A DNA stretch of 64,000 bases from Eutreptiella sp. 'Long Island Sound 2002' (GCA_964036045.1 OZ038378.1:55056001-55120000); one strand, 5' to 3'; positions 10,130-22,850 are shown, counted from the first letter of the stretch. Numbers and translations: made by a program. The notes: generated from the letters alone by a model not told the origin.

Positions 10130-11460
10130 GCCGAGCAGTAGATTTGACGCGCCCCGCTTTGTGCCCATGCAGGGAGGACAAAGGTTTGACCGAGCCCCCC
10201 CCCCCCCCCCCACAAGGTGCACGAGGCCCCCCTAGGCCAGCCGGCACGGCGCCGACGCAAGCCAACCCCCCCCCCCCGCCGCACCCCAGGCAAAGGGAGC
10301 AACGCCCCCCCCCCCCGGCCCCCGAGCACCCCGCCGCAGGGTCCGCTGGGGCAAGACCCTGGTACCCCCCCGCGCCCTCGCCCGCCCCCCCCCTCCCCTG
10401 GGGCGGAAACCGGACCGCAAGCTGCAGCGGGGCCACCAACGCACGGCCCAGTTGCGTGCGGGACCTCCCCCCCGGCCCGCCCCGGCCCACGACTAGCACC
10501 CGCCTGGTGAAGGGGCACCCTCCCCAACAGGGGGCTAGCCCGGAGTTGCTGCCCCGCCCCCACAAAGGGTAACCGGCCGCCAGCGAAAGCCGAACGGGGG
10601 ACACCAACAAGAAGCAGGAAGGGAAACATCGAGCACGGACGGCCCCCCCGCCCCCCTTCCCGCGCATGAAGAACAGAGCAGCGGACTCTAGCAAGAAACA
10701 CGGAGTGGCAGGAACCACATGGAACGGCCCCACCAGCGCCTCGCGAGGGGACCTCACGAGATGCACGCGTAGAAGGACAGGTGGGAGGGGGCCTGAGCGG
10801 CTCGGGAGCGAGGGCCCACGAACACACCAACGACACGCGGCATGCACTTAAAGGGCAAACGGACCGAGACTGCGGAATGCGCAAAGCACATGGAATGGCG
10901 TACCAGCGGGCGAGGGCACGTGACACCCTGACGGGGCAAATCGCCACACACACCGCGAGGCCCATGAGGGAGGGGAGTCAACAAGGGGGGGGGGAGAACA
11001 GCTCGGCCTCGCCCCTGCCACGAGCGCCGCGCAAACACAAGCGGGGCACTGCCCGCCAAGACAGTAGTGGAGCACAACACCACGCACGAGCCCCGCGGCT
11101 AGGCAACCTCCGCGCCAGGCCCCAGGCTCCCACTGGCGACAAGCGAGTAGTTCGGACCCGGCAGCGCCAACACCCTGGGCGACCACGCATTACAGGGGCG
11201 CCGCAGCGGGCAAGCGCCTAACATTAAGTTGCTAGAGGAATGCCGACCGGGGAGCGGCGAAACGGGGAAGCTGAAGAGGTGTAGGGCTCCGAGCCCCGTG
11301 AACCCGGCTGACCCGCCACCAGGTAGGAGGCGTGTTTCAAAGGGCCTCCCACTGGGCCCCGGGGGACACATATTACCTGGCCCGACCATGTAGCCCCCCC
11401 GGTGGCCGAGAGGCGTCTAGTAACCGAAACCTCAAACCTCAAATCTCAAACCTCAAACCC
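10130..11460 (+). mobile_element. GC-rich non-coding element ending in an (AAACCTC)n tail
   Basis: aaacctcaaacctcaaatctcaaacctcaaaccc at 11427-11460 directly precedes truncated Gypsy gag; left boundary uncertain. Confidence 0.35.
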
Positions 11461-11539
11461 CATCTGGTCTGAGCGTAACCGGAAGACTAAAAATGGTCAG
11501 AAGGTGAAACACCAAGACCAATTCCGCTTAACGATTACG

Positions 11540-11581
11540 TGCGCATAGTGTGGCAAGCGGGGGCATTATAATGATGAAAGC
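11540..11581 (+). pseudogene. Gag CCHC zinc knuckle remnant
   Basis: Translates C-A-*-C-G-K-R-G-H-Y-N-D-E-S, a decayed Cx2Cx4Hx4C. Confidence 0.6.
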
Positions 11582-12001
11582 CTAAAAAACGCCGTGAGTC
11601 CGAAAAGCACAAGAAAGCGGAAGAAGAAAAGAGGAAGCAGGGTGGTAAGGGTAGCCCTGAATGGGGAGGGTGTAACCCGGGGAAATCTCCTGGTAAGGGT
11701 ACCCCAGGTGGAGGACGAAGGTCCTCAACGCCTCCCGCAGGCGGAAGAGGACAACCCAACCCCATCCCTACAAAGAACAGCACAGTGCGCAGCAAGGTAA
11801 GAAGCGAGCTTTACGCCCCACCACCGCCGCTGCTAGCGGCCCTGAGATGGGCGAAAACGCCAAGAAGAGGAAGCTAAACTGGCAGTCTAAGTGCCTGATG
11901 AAGGGGGGCGTGGGGGTGAAGTTGCCTAAAGAGGGATAGGGGGGCGGCTCTGAGGAAGAAGATTTGTTTTTTTGGATCACTTTTAAATTGGTGATTAGGT
12001 T

Positions 12002-12240
12002 TTCAAGGCGGTCTTGGACACTTGCGCTGCGCTGTCAATCGTGGCCAGCAGGCTGCTAAAACCTGCCAACATCTGGAAATCCAAAACCGTGGCCATAAGG
12101 GCCGGCGATGGTAGGACCATCCACTCCTTGGGGGGGGTCGACGTGACCGTATGTCTTGGCGATGAATAGGTAATGCAACACTGCAGGGTGTGGACACCGA
12201 TGCCTTTGACGTTTTCATTGACACAGATTTTCTGTGCCGT
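12002..12240 (+). pseudogene. Retroviral-type aspartic protease remnant
   Basis: FKAVLDTCAALSIVA (DTG-like active site) and later DAFDVFIDTDFL. Confidence 0.65.
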
Positions 12241-12249
12241 AACCCCTAG

Positions 12250-12783
12250 GTGAAACTGCTTTCTTTACAAGGTCCCTATGCCCTGCACCGTGACTTCGGC
12301 AGTGGCCTTTTCTCTGTCCCTACGGAGTTGGCAGGACGAAAGGAATCCAGCTTACGCTACGTGAACTGGTCTTATCAAACCCAGAACTACCAACTTGTGC
12401 GAGCGGTCCCAAAGAACAGATTGGGTGCCGTGCAGATGGACCTGAATGAAGTTGAAGTAGAGTTGTTCGTGAGTAAGGAGCAGCATCGGATGCAACCCTA
12501 TTGTTCGCGATACCTCAACAACGCGTATCGCGTCTCTTGGATATCGATGGGGTTGTGCTATGCAAACCCCCCATTCTCCCAACTTGCTAACGTCTTAACC
12601 AAGATCGCCCTTGAAGGAGCGACAGTGGTACTATGTAACCCTGATCGGGTTTCTACAGGGGAACACGCCTATTGCAGGCGGTTGTTGGACCGTATGAACG
12701 TGCCAAGAGCTGAACTACGCGACGGCCCTATCTTTGTTCCTGAAGACTCTCTAGAGACCATGCCTGTCCCTGAATGGGGGTAG
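12250..12783 (+). CDS. Dam-like N6-adenine methyltransferase domain (DIRS-type) inside Gypsy pol
   Basis: VELFVSKEQH..YCSRYLNNAYRVSW..LCYANPPFSQLANVLTKIALEGATVVLCNP; NPPF at 12565-12576. Confidence 0.7.
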   Translation: MKLLSLQGPYALHRDFGSGLFSVPTELAGRKESSLRYVNWSYQTQNYQLVRAVPKNRLGAVQMDLNEVEVELFVSKEQHRMQPYCSRYLNNAYRVSWISMGLCYANPPFSQLANVLTKIALEGATVVLCNPDRVSTGEHAYCRRLLDRMNVPRAELRDGPIFVPEDSLETMPVPEWG

Positions 12784-13610
12784 TTTTTTGTCCATCGTTG
12801 ATGGCTCTCTGAACCCCGTACCTGTGTGTGACTTTGACCAGCAAGTGGTCAAGAAGTTGATGGCTGAAAACCATGGCCTTACCCTCCTAGATCTCAACAA
12901 GCGATCCGAGTATTCTTCGGTCACCACTATGAGTGCCGAAAGCTACGATGAGCTTGAGACTCCAGCTGTCTCCCCTCCTATGGCTGACTTTTACGACCGC
13001 CTAGGCAAGATCACCAGCGCAATACCACCGGTAGACCCGGAGGTGTTGACACTGAAACACGGTGCTTTCCTAATACGGCTGCTTATGGAAGAGGTGGACC
13101 TTGAGTCCGCCAGTGTTGAGTCTCATGACCACTCTGTACTTTCAATACGGGCCCCTGATGGCCCCATAGGTAAGGTCCCTGGCGCTAAATCCTTACCCAA
13201 CAATATGCCCGTCTCTGAACACGACGTCCACTGGCTGCAACAGGTATTGTGGGCAAAAGCTGAGGGCATTCAGCGACGGACCCGCGTGCACCTCCTCAAA
13301 GGGAGCTGGAAACCCTCCATCTGGTCAGAGGAGTATGATGAAGAGATGACCGTCCCCGATCCTGAGACACCCCTGGTGTACTCACTCAACTATGCCCAGC
13401 AGGGTCACCAGGAATGGGATGAGGATGAACTGCCCCCTAAAACAGCGGGGCGAATGAAACAGCATGAAAAGGGGAAGAGCAACCTCCATGCGGAGGAAGA
13501 CTTCTCTGAAAATCTTGGGAGCTTGTATGTCGACGCTCGTCTGACTAAGCTCATCAAGAACTATCAAGATGTTCGGGGCGCTGCCCCCACCCCTCTCTTG
13601 TAAGAAACTG

Positions 13611-14300
13611 GTCCACATGGACGTCAAGCTCAAACCTGAGTTTGAGGGGTCAGTAGTGACACGTCGTCCCTCCCTTGCCCCACAAGACCAAATCGACGAG
13701 ATGGAACGGCACATCCAAGAATGTATAGATGCTAGCCTCGTGGAGGAGTCCACACACGGGGACTATCCCCGCCATTGTAGCCCTTGTTTCCTAGTTGCTA
13801 AACCTGGCTCCACTGCAATGCGCTTAGTTGTTGACTATGGTGGGGTCAATAAAAAGACCCGGAACCATGCAGGGATTATCCCCAACATGGAAAACACCCT
13901 GGCACGAATCGCTAAGTGTCGATTCAAGACTAAGATGGATAAGCGCAGTGGTTTTTGGCAGGTTGACCTTACCCGAGTAGCCCAGGAAATTCTCGCCTTG
14001 TCACGCCTAAGGGCCGTGTCTTCCGCTGGAAGGTCATGCCCTTCAATGTCGCGAATGCTCCTGCTCTCTTTGAGGAGCTAATGAATAAAATCCTATATAT
14101 CCTGAGACACAGGCCCCTTGTGCAGGAACTCGTTTCCTGCCGGGCCCAAATGGAGGCACACATCGACGATGTGAGCCTACGTACTATATAATATTATAAT
14201 ACCCACGAGGATCATATCCTCCTCCTACAAGAGGTTGTCACTGTCTGTCAGGAAACCCATCTGTGCATCAAACTTGAGAAGTGTGAGTTCATGCGTGAAG
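13611..14300 (+). pseudogene. Gypsy reverse transcriptase, frameshifted
   Basis: SPCFLVAKPGSTAMRLVVDY, KMDKRSGFWQV, WKVMPF..NAPALF and HIDD at 14159-14170. Confidence 0.85.
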
Positions 14301-14549
14301 AGATGGAGTATTTATTTTAGGTTTTGATGTAGGATACGGCTGGTGGAAACTAGCCGCATCGAAGATGTAGCCCCCACAAGACATGCAGATACGTGATGAC
14401 TCTAAGAAGGGTTTACACCTGTGTTGTGTGGGGGGGGGGTGTTTACCCTACACCAATGGCTCGAGCTTAAGCCCGCTAAGCTGTCTCATTGCCAATACCT
14501 GACTTCAGGTCCGAGCCGTGATGGAACCTTGAACCATGACTACCCTACC

Positions 14550-14830
14550 AAAGAATGGCGTTTGGTGCCCCTTGGGCACTGGAACTGGAAGTGGAATCAA
14601 GTACGATCCAACCATAGCACCCACGACCAGGAACTCCTAGCTGGAATGCTCGTGCTCTCTTCCCAGACACCCATCCTTGGAACTAACTCTATCGTGCGGC
14701 TCTGTGACCAAGAGCCGGTGAAAACCTTCCAGAAGGGTCGCCCTGCTAAAAAAGCCAAACTGAAACGATGGTGGACCCATCTCAGTCAGGTCAGGTTGAG
14801 TGTCCTTCATATACAGGGTGTAAAAGAACG
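14550..14830 (+). pseudogene. Gypsy RNase H remnant
   Basis: NHSTHDQELLAGM..IVRLCDQEPV..KLKRWWTHLSQVRLSVLHIQG. Confidence 0.75.
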
Positions 14831-14940
14831 ACTTGGACGACTACATATCGCGGCACAACTTCGATGCCCTCCTAGGTGAGAGCTCGGAGTCGTTGGCCAA
14901 AGAGGGGTCCCGGCGTATGGATGTCTAGCTGGACCTGTCC

Positions 14941-15930
14941 ATGCGCATTGCGGAATTCTTGGAGGGTTGGAGTTCGAATGACCACCGAGAGGAGTACCAA
15001 TGTGTACTCCAAACCCTGAGTGATGGTCTAGAAACCCATTTGATAGACAGTGACCGTTTGTGTAAGAAGAACCAGTACCTCTGTTACAAGGACCGTATAG
15101 TGGTGCCGGAGGCACGGGTAGAGGGCTGCCTGCAATGGGCCCATCTTTGTTCAGGGCACACGGGCCATCACCGTTCACTTGACTTCTTTAGGGACGGTTT
15201 CCACCCCTCACTAACCCTCTCTAAACTACGGTCGTGGATGCAGTCCATAGTGGACTCCTGTGGCTGTCATGCCAGCAAGCAAAGCGACTCTAGGGACCGG
15301 GGATTGATGTCCAGTTTACCTATCTTGTACTGTGCTAAGTTTCTGTTGTACGTGGATTTCATCCATGGTCTGCCTAGGATTGGTGGCTGCGACAGCTGTC
15401 TAGTGGTCATTTGTGGCTTCAGTCGTTTCACCCGTGCAATCCCCTTCAATAAAAAGATCACCGGGTAACGTACCGTGAAAATTTTAGTGGAAGAACGGTT
15501 CGAACCGTATGGGGCACCCAAAGAGATGCACTTTGACGAAGATGTACGCATTCGGAGTGATACCGGGTGGTACAAGCGAGTATTGGACGCTCTGAACGTC
15601 CAAGTAACCACAGGTGTTCCCTACACTCACACTTCTAACCCTCTGTGCGCGAGACAGAGCCGTGTGGTGGAGCAAAACCTGAGTGGCCTCATGAAGCAGG
15701 AACGTACCAAAGACCGGGTACATCTGTTACCGTGGGCTGTCCTAACCATGAACTCTCAGAGGAGTTCCTCAACTGGTTTCACCCTCCACGAGCTGTTCCA
15801 TCTGGGGCGTCCTACGTGGTTTTTCCAAACCCCCTTCCCTGAAGACTACAAGAGGTCTTTAGGGGATTGGCTGGAACACAAGCAGGATCTGGCCCATTCA
15901 GCCAGCGCTAACCTGAAACACGTTCGCTGA
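14941..15930 (+). pseudogene. Gypsy integrase (HHCC + DDE) with one in-frame stop at 15466-15468
   Basis: AHLCSGH..SCGC zinc finger; LYVDFIHGLP; MHFDED; LLPWAVLTMNSQRSSSTGFT. Confidence 0.85.
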
Positions 15931-16283
15931 CCGGGTGTAATAGCCTGATACGTCCTGCCAATTTTATGGTAGGCGACCAGGTGCTTGTGCACCATTCGCG
16001 AATGCCCTCATGGCCCCACAACTGTATGCAGGACCCATTCTTTTGGCCCTATTGTATTACAATGATAAATGGATCTAGGATCCATGTGGGATGCAGTCCG
16101 CGCTTAGGTGGTGAACTCCTGTGTGCCCCTAAACAACTGAGGCACTACCACTCTCCCGATGACCTGTCATTAGACGAGTGGCGTCTCACTGCCAAAGAAG
16201 TCGAACGGATCAACCTAGAGAATGCTGCGACCCCTGCGGAGGCGGACGAAATCAAAGAGATGACTGCCGATGACACGGCGGTG

Positions 16284-16400
16284 GACGGCTACTATATGGT
16301 TGCAAGTATTGCACGCCACGAGTATTTACAGGGTTGGAACGTTTTGACGCGTGGGACGGCTATGGGCTATCTAAGGCGACTTGGGAACCCATGTCTGCCT
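16284..16400 (+). pseudogene. Chromodomain at the integrase C-terminus, frameshifted
   Basis: DGYYMVASIARHEY.. then, in a shifted frame, WDGYGLSKATWEPMSAF. Confidence 0.75.
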
Positions 16401-17573
16401 TTATACAGCCTGATGGGACTATTAATCCCATCTTTTGTTTCTATCTCGTTGAGAACAACGAGCGTCAACTGCTAACCCGCGTTGTGACCCTGTCCTGAGA
16501 AGAAGAAAAATTCATCTCCTTGTGCCTACCTACTTGAGTCTGCTAACCGAACTGAGGAGGTTACAAGCTTCAGGAGGTGGTGGTATTACGTGGACATCCC
16601 CTCCTCTTGCTGGGAGACTCCTTCGGGCCACAGCTGCAGGCGTATTGGCTCCTCCCGGAGGTACACTCCCCCCCCACCGAGGGAAGGAACACTGCGGGTC
16701 ATCGGAATACCAAGCGGCTCCTTATGTGGATTGCAACCAAATGGTCGGTGAGTCCTGTTACCTTTCTCCCACCGTGCCATCGGCATGCACGGTGCAGTAC
16801 CAAGAACGCGCCCACGCGCTGGATTAGGTACCCGTGGGGTCGGTTCAGTCCTGGATTGCCACCTCCATACAACCACCCCAGCGGGTCACCTCAACACGCA
16901 GGCCTGCGTGAACAGGTTCCGTCCCTTCGGAACTCAAAAGTGAGGAACTTTCCTCGCAACCCGCTCTGTTTGACTAACCTCCCACGGGCGGTGTGCACTC
17001 ATAGTGCTGCTAGCTAGACCTAATCAATGTGTACCATCACAGGTTCAGGGCTTTCGGTAGAGCTCCGGGTTCGGTGTTCAACCTTCGCTTACCAACACCC
17101 ATCCCCATTTGGGTGCCGTTTTCGCCGCACGCATACTAACACCAAACTCCGCTGCTTGTGAAAACCTGCCACTGCCGTGGTGGTGCCCTGCACTACTCAT
17201 GCTTGTTGTTACCAGCGTGTACCAGATGGCCGCTCATCACGTTTGCAACCACCTGGCGAGTGAGTGCCTTGTTGACTACGTGTTGCAGGAGTATATGCCC
17301 TACTGTGATAAACTTAGGGGACGCAACGATTACCGGTGGCTTCCGATACTAGGGGGGAAAGGCAAGCAAGGTGATATAAGACATGGTGTGTTAACCCTCC
17401 TTGGGGACAAGCGTGCCCACAGTTAGGACCCCTAACTGGTCCATACCCGTGGGGTTCTACCGTGCTATACTTGTGCCACGGGAGCAGGGCTCCCAAGTAG
17501 CCGGGGTTTCCGTGACCTTCGGTGACTGGTGGTTGGGGACTTTTTTTACACTCGATGACTGCGGTGACCATCA

Positions 17574-18154
17574 ATGTACAATAAGAAAAGTGAAACAACA
17601 AGGGGCATGCAGGGGAGGCCAAAGCCGCACATGCACCGCATTTACAACCGCATGCTTGGTGTGTTTACCACGCTTCGGACTGTATGTGATACGAAAAAAT
17701 TAAGGATTGGAACGGACATTTTGTTGCATAGAAAAACAGCTGCACGCACCAATGTGTATAGCATAGGCAACACACCGACCCAATTCTTGAAAGTTGTGCA
17801 GGCTGCCATGGAGAAGCTGAAGAAATATTTGTTGAAACACATGGATGTTGCCAGACAGGCGCGTGTGTTGGACCCCACACAGATCAGGAGCATTTCTCAT
17901 GACATCTCACAATATCCCCATGTCATCCCTTCAGAGTTGTGCCCTAGAATTGAGCAGAGTGGCGAGTGGAAGTTATATCTAGATGGTGTGCAACCAACAC
18001 ACAGAAATTGGACATTTTGGGATGGTGCGAGGGCATGCGGGAACACCTGCCTCTGTTGTACCGCTGTGTAAGGCGTACGTTGGCCATCCCTCACGCGTCA
18101 TGCGATTTTGAAAGGTCGTTTTCAATGTGTAAGAGGGTACTCTCTGAGAAGTAG
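17574..18154 (+). pseudogene. hAT transposase C-terminal fragment with hATC dimerisation domain
   Basis: ARVLDP and, after a frameshift, LPLLYRCVRRTLAIPHASCDFERSFS. Confidence 0.75.
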
Positions 18155-19090
18155 CACAACATGCAAGATGGCACACAAAAAGCATATGCGTCATTTTGCT
18201 TCAATGGAGCAGTGCCTCCGGCAAAAGCATATGTGTCATTTTGCTTCAACGGAGCAGTGCCTCCGGCATAACATAGCTCATTGGATCGGAGGGCTGCCTG
18301 AATGAATTTCCTGTGTTTGTGCATCGTATTGCTGTGCTGACGTGTGGTTTGTTATGTACAGGGTGTAAAGCCATTGCAAGGCCCGAAAAAAGTTGACAAA
18401 AGTCGGGAGGAAATATCACAAACCATTTAACAACGATCAAGCAATGACGGGATGCATCCCACAACCCCTTGTGCAGGTGCTTAAAAGTTGTTTTTTTTTA
18501 CATTTTTTACAACTTTTTTACAATTTTTTTACAGCTTTTTTTACAGGTTTTTTACAACTTTTTACAGCTTTTTGCGGCTTATTTTACCTTTCTTATAGTT
18601 TTTGACAAGGTCGTGGAATGCGCCGGTGACTTCGGTGCCGGAGACTTAGGAGGTGTGACGGTCTTACCCCCAAGTGCTACGTTTGTGGTGTATGTGTCTC
18701 TCTTCTCTCCCCGAGCGTGGCTGCACACCGCCTTCACTTATGTTGGACCGAAGGTCCTAGTCAGCTACTATGGCCACTCGTATGGCACCCAATTTGTGTG
18801 CTGGGGCCTGTCCAAAGGAAGGACGGCAAAAGCCGTACCTACTAAGAGGGGGGGGGGGGGGGGGGCAAGTGTGCACTTTCTGAGTGTCTACTTTTTTTCG
18901 ATTGACCCACAGGTTGTTACCTGCGATGTCCAGGCTGGCCCAGTGACTGTCGTGGAAAGACTGGCCGTAAGACCTGGTTGTGCATGGCCGCGTTAAGAGC
19001 GGCAACGCTCGTGTTTGACTATCTACCGCTGCAGCATTGGAGCGACGAACTCTACTGCCACTTGCGCCGTCTGTTGGTCGGCACTAAGTA

Positions 19091-20151
19091 TTGGGCAATC
19101 CATTACTCACCCAGGAGTCATTGTTCCCAAACCAGATGAGCGTCAAGGACTTCGTCTCCAAACATTCTACCCCCGACAAGGCGATCCTGTCGGACAATGA
19201 CACCCTACAGCTTGCTTGCTTCTTTGATCTTAGTGAGCAAGAATTTATCGTGCAGGAGTATCAACATTTGTCTGCTGGGTTTGATTTGAAGGATGGTTTC
19301 TCCATTCGTCCATTTTCCATTGATGTTGCCAAAAGCTCTGAGCAAGCTCGTGCCTTATTTCCTGGTGAGAAAACAGAGGCTCTGTGGGTTTGTTTGTATG
19401 GTGACATTGAGAAGTCCACAAAAGGCATTACCAGGCTCAGCGAATTTTGGGGCAAATCGTGGACAGTGCATGTGCTCGTGCTGGATGCTGAGAAACGACA
19501 GCTGCTGGAACAAAGAAGGGAATTGGCCAAGCAATTTCGTTTGAACCCATCGCCGGTGATGGTTACGGACAGGGTTGTGGTTACCATTGGCATGCAGACT
19601 CCGTGGTTTGCTTGGTATTTGCGATTTACGCCACAGAGCATTTGGTCAGTAAAGCCACCCGTCATGCGCACGAAGAAGCTTTTCCAATGCGGGGTGAAGC
19701 CGTCAGCAGAACTGTTTACCGAGCCAGGCTTGCTTGATAACATCTTTTCCTACAGGCCAACACGTCTTGGCTTCAGGAGCTTTATCAATGTCTCTCGCTT
19801 GACAACACCAACGGTGACGAAGTCCCTAGGAGTGACGCACAGAACACGAAGTATGTGTTCGCACAATTGTCTCAAGACAAAATACAGCCAATCGTCGACA
19901 AGTTTGGAGGAAAGGAGCGATTCGCCATACAAACGATTCCATGGTACGAAGGGGACTTTGACTATTTTCTTGAGATCGTGGAGCTTTGGGTGAACAAGGA
20001 GCGACGAGCTGAGGTAGCCCCCTATCTCTTTGGCCACATCATGAGTCAATGTTGGGACGGTGGCTCTGTCCTCATCTCGGATGTTATGGCTGTCCAGTTG
20101 GTGTCTTATAACAAGGTCCGCATTGGTCTCAGCCATACGGGCAAGAAATAG
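19091..20151 (+). pseudogene. Unidentified protein-like ORF(s) upstream of an RNase H domain
   Basis: Long, complex-composition ORFs 19091-19993 and 19855-20151 joined by an apparent frameshift; no motif recognised. Confidence 0.35.
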
Positions 20152-20189
20152 TTCGTGGAGGCTCTGCCGAAGTTGCTGGCTCTGGGTGT

Positions 20190-20430
20190 TGCGACCCGCG
20201 TCCATCATGTGCGATTCAAAATACATAGTGGATGGTTGCAATGGGCAGGCCATCAAATGGAAGCGACACGAATGGCGAACTACCTCCGGCCCCGTCAAAC
20301 CATACGGATTTGTGGAAGCAAATTTTGATCCTCTCGGAGGTGTATGCCACACATGTCACAGTTCATCATGTGCCTTCACACGCAGGGCTGGCAGAAAACG
20401 AGGTAGTGGATAGATTGGCAACGGAGGGTG
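20190..20430 (+). pseudogene. RNase HI-like domain, frameshifted
   Basis: CDSKYIVDG..WKRHEWRT, then NHTDLWKQIL..HHVPSHAGLAENEVVDRLA. Confidence 0.7.
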
Positions 20431-22774
20431 GCATGAGGAGCCCACTCTGGACAGTGACGGTAGTATTGTTGAATTTTACATCGTCAACGCCAGAAGAAGA
20501 GTCAGATGTGCAAATCTTGAGTGCACGGGCCGTTCCCCCACCTCCACGATCTCGTGAGCACAATGATTTTGTGCCTTGGGGTCCGGATTCTGTGACACTT
20601 ATGTCAGACAGGGGTTCACCACAGGGCACACCAGAGTCAGCTACCACGACACCAGTGAGACAGATCATCCCACCAGTATACCAAGTGGACACACCGTCCC
20701 CACGGATGTTACTGGATTTTGCGGATTTGATGTGGACGTTTGATGTACCGCCGCGGGGGACTATATAGGTAACAGTCTTCAGGGCTCAACCGTAGTGCGC
20801 TACACCCAAGGGCTCGGGGGCGCTGGTTTGAGACCCGGACCGGCCTATCGGAAGGCGGCTCGGCATATGTTGTGGCCTGACTTGAGGCGGATCGACAGGT
20901 GTTGTATAGATGTTGCGATGATAGAAATACTTGGGTATCTTCCAGTAAGGTATATTTTTTTGCGGTGCTGCTTGAATGTCGTACAGTAAATGACCATCAG
21001 CCCTTGTGGCCAGAGCCCAGCCATAGAGCCAATAAATGACCAGAAGGCATTGAGGCGCATTGTACTTATTGGACACGGAAACACTCTGCAGCTGTGGACT
21101 GAATTGAAGAGGAGGACCACATTGGTGGGTGTGGTACCTGATTGAAAGAAAACCACCGGATACCAAGTGTGCTGAGGGCATACAAAACGCCTGTTTTTAC
21201 TAAGAGGCCAAAACGAACCCACGCTCCTGCCCGCACGGAAAAGCATGCGGACTAGGAGACAGCACTACACTAGACACACTAATGGCAGCACCGGCCTTCG
21301 CAGGCAGGGTGAGCACAACCGTGCTCAGCCACTACCAGGCTTGCTACCCCTAACACCTACACACACTACTGGGTGTTGCCGGGGCCATTTTCTGTGAGGC
21401 CCTAGTGGCCTTCCTGTGAAACGGCAAGAGAACACGGCGCTACTAAGCGGCCGTGGCCTAGCAAGGACGCCACTATGCGTTTTCCTGCTCGGGCTTGGAG
21501 GGAAGGAGTGCTCCAAACGCGTGCACAACGCTTGTCATATTCAGTGGGGGTATGAAAAGGTCCCCCCACAGGACCTTGTTGGCATTTGAGTGTGATCAGC
21601 GCCCCTTTTGCTGGGGACTTCTGCACCAATGCACCGCCTATTTTCCTTTAATGCATCGTGCACATGCCAACACAAAGTAAGCCTACAATTAACCAACAAG
21701 TAACCTAGTGCACAACCGTGCACGTATCCAAACCAAACAAACTCTACCACGAGGCGGCCCTCGTGGCCTTACCTACCTTACTCACCATGCATGTCGTGTG
21801 AATGCCGAACACAGCGAGTGCAAGGACTACCCTAAGCGTTTAAACAACCGTACGGCGATTTGTAACAACCGTAAACAATTAATGCATTGTGTGTATGTTT
21901 GCTCTTGCTTACTCTCACCAAGAGAAGAAGGGGACGTGAATGGTGGCGGAACACAACGTAAGCGAAACCTAAAGTGTTAAGGAACCCTATTTTTGCGAGC
22001 AACGAGCAACAACACGGCGCAAGCAGCCTCACTGTGACCTGTGGAGAAAGGAAAAGTGGTGAAAACAGGCGCAGAGACAAACACAACAACGAGTGACCTA
22101 GCGACTTAGGCACATGCCTGGCTAGCACAGCACCTCACTTAACCCTATTTGCCCACTGCGTGCTCCATTCGTCTTTCATATCTTCCATTTGTCTGCTAAC
22201 CTGCGCAGAAAGGAAGAAGAGGAGAACCCAAGCCCCACACGGCACAACGAGAACAACCTTATCGTTTTAATGAAACAAAGAACACGGGCACAATGCACGT
22301 GTGTGTAATGATAGGAACACACCTGAGCAGCGGGTTGTTTGTTTGACCCGCGCTGTTCTGTATTTTCTCATCTTGGACTCTGTGGTGCATAAAAATTTTG
22401 ATGCAGCTGACTAAAGATTTTGGTTAAACACTGACTTAAACACGGTTCACACCTTTGTCTTGGTGTGCCGTTATGCTGCCGACTCCTTTTTGATGAGCCG
22501 CGGCTCGGCTGCGCTTAGGTGCGACTATAACTTTTGGAAAAGATTTGACGATTTCCAATGTTTTTACTTCACACTTTAGCGATTTGACTCTCGAAATCGC
22601 TAGACCTTTCGCTAAGCTGCGGGATTCACACCCTGTTAGTTCCATTTCCTATTTTTTTCAGGGCCTAAAGATTTGTGCCCTTCATTGGGAGTATTGCTCC
22701 GCCCTGACCTTTCGTCAGGACGTTTAGTACAACGTTGTTTATACCGCGATGGTCCTTCACGTTAGAGCCATCGA

Positions 22775-22850
22775 CCAACCCTAGTGGCTAACCATGTGTG
22801 GTCTAGGGAGGAGGTCCTGGGTTCCGTCCCCACTACCCGATAATTTTTAC
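22775..22850 (+). other. Possible tRNA-derived SINE head
   Basis: A-box-like ctagtggctaa and B-box-like gaggtcctgggttccgtccc at tRNA-like spacing. Confidence 0.25.

Larger units (their letters stand above)
11461..16500 (+). mobile_element. Decayed Ty3/Gypsy (chromovirus-type) LTR retrotransposon: gag-ZnK, PR, MTase, RT, RNase H, IN, chromodomain
   Basis: Colinear domains on + with stops and frameshifts (see sub-features). RT-RH-IN order is Gypsy-type. LTRs not identified. Confidence 0.85.

Noticed and set aside
10072-11221. Long Pro/Gly/Arg-rich ORFs on both strands
   Set aside because: High GC content and homopolymer runs suppress stop codons; no domain motifs.
11461-17050. LTR pair and primer-binding site for the Gypsy element
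   Set aside because: No matching direct repeats were found; the 5' end seems truncated by the (AAACCTC)n element.
827-18154. hAT N-terminal (827-4641) and C-terminal (17574-18154) fragments as one split element
   Set aside because: The first element appears to close near 5240 where the host repeat resumes, and no junction continuity with 17574 is visible.
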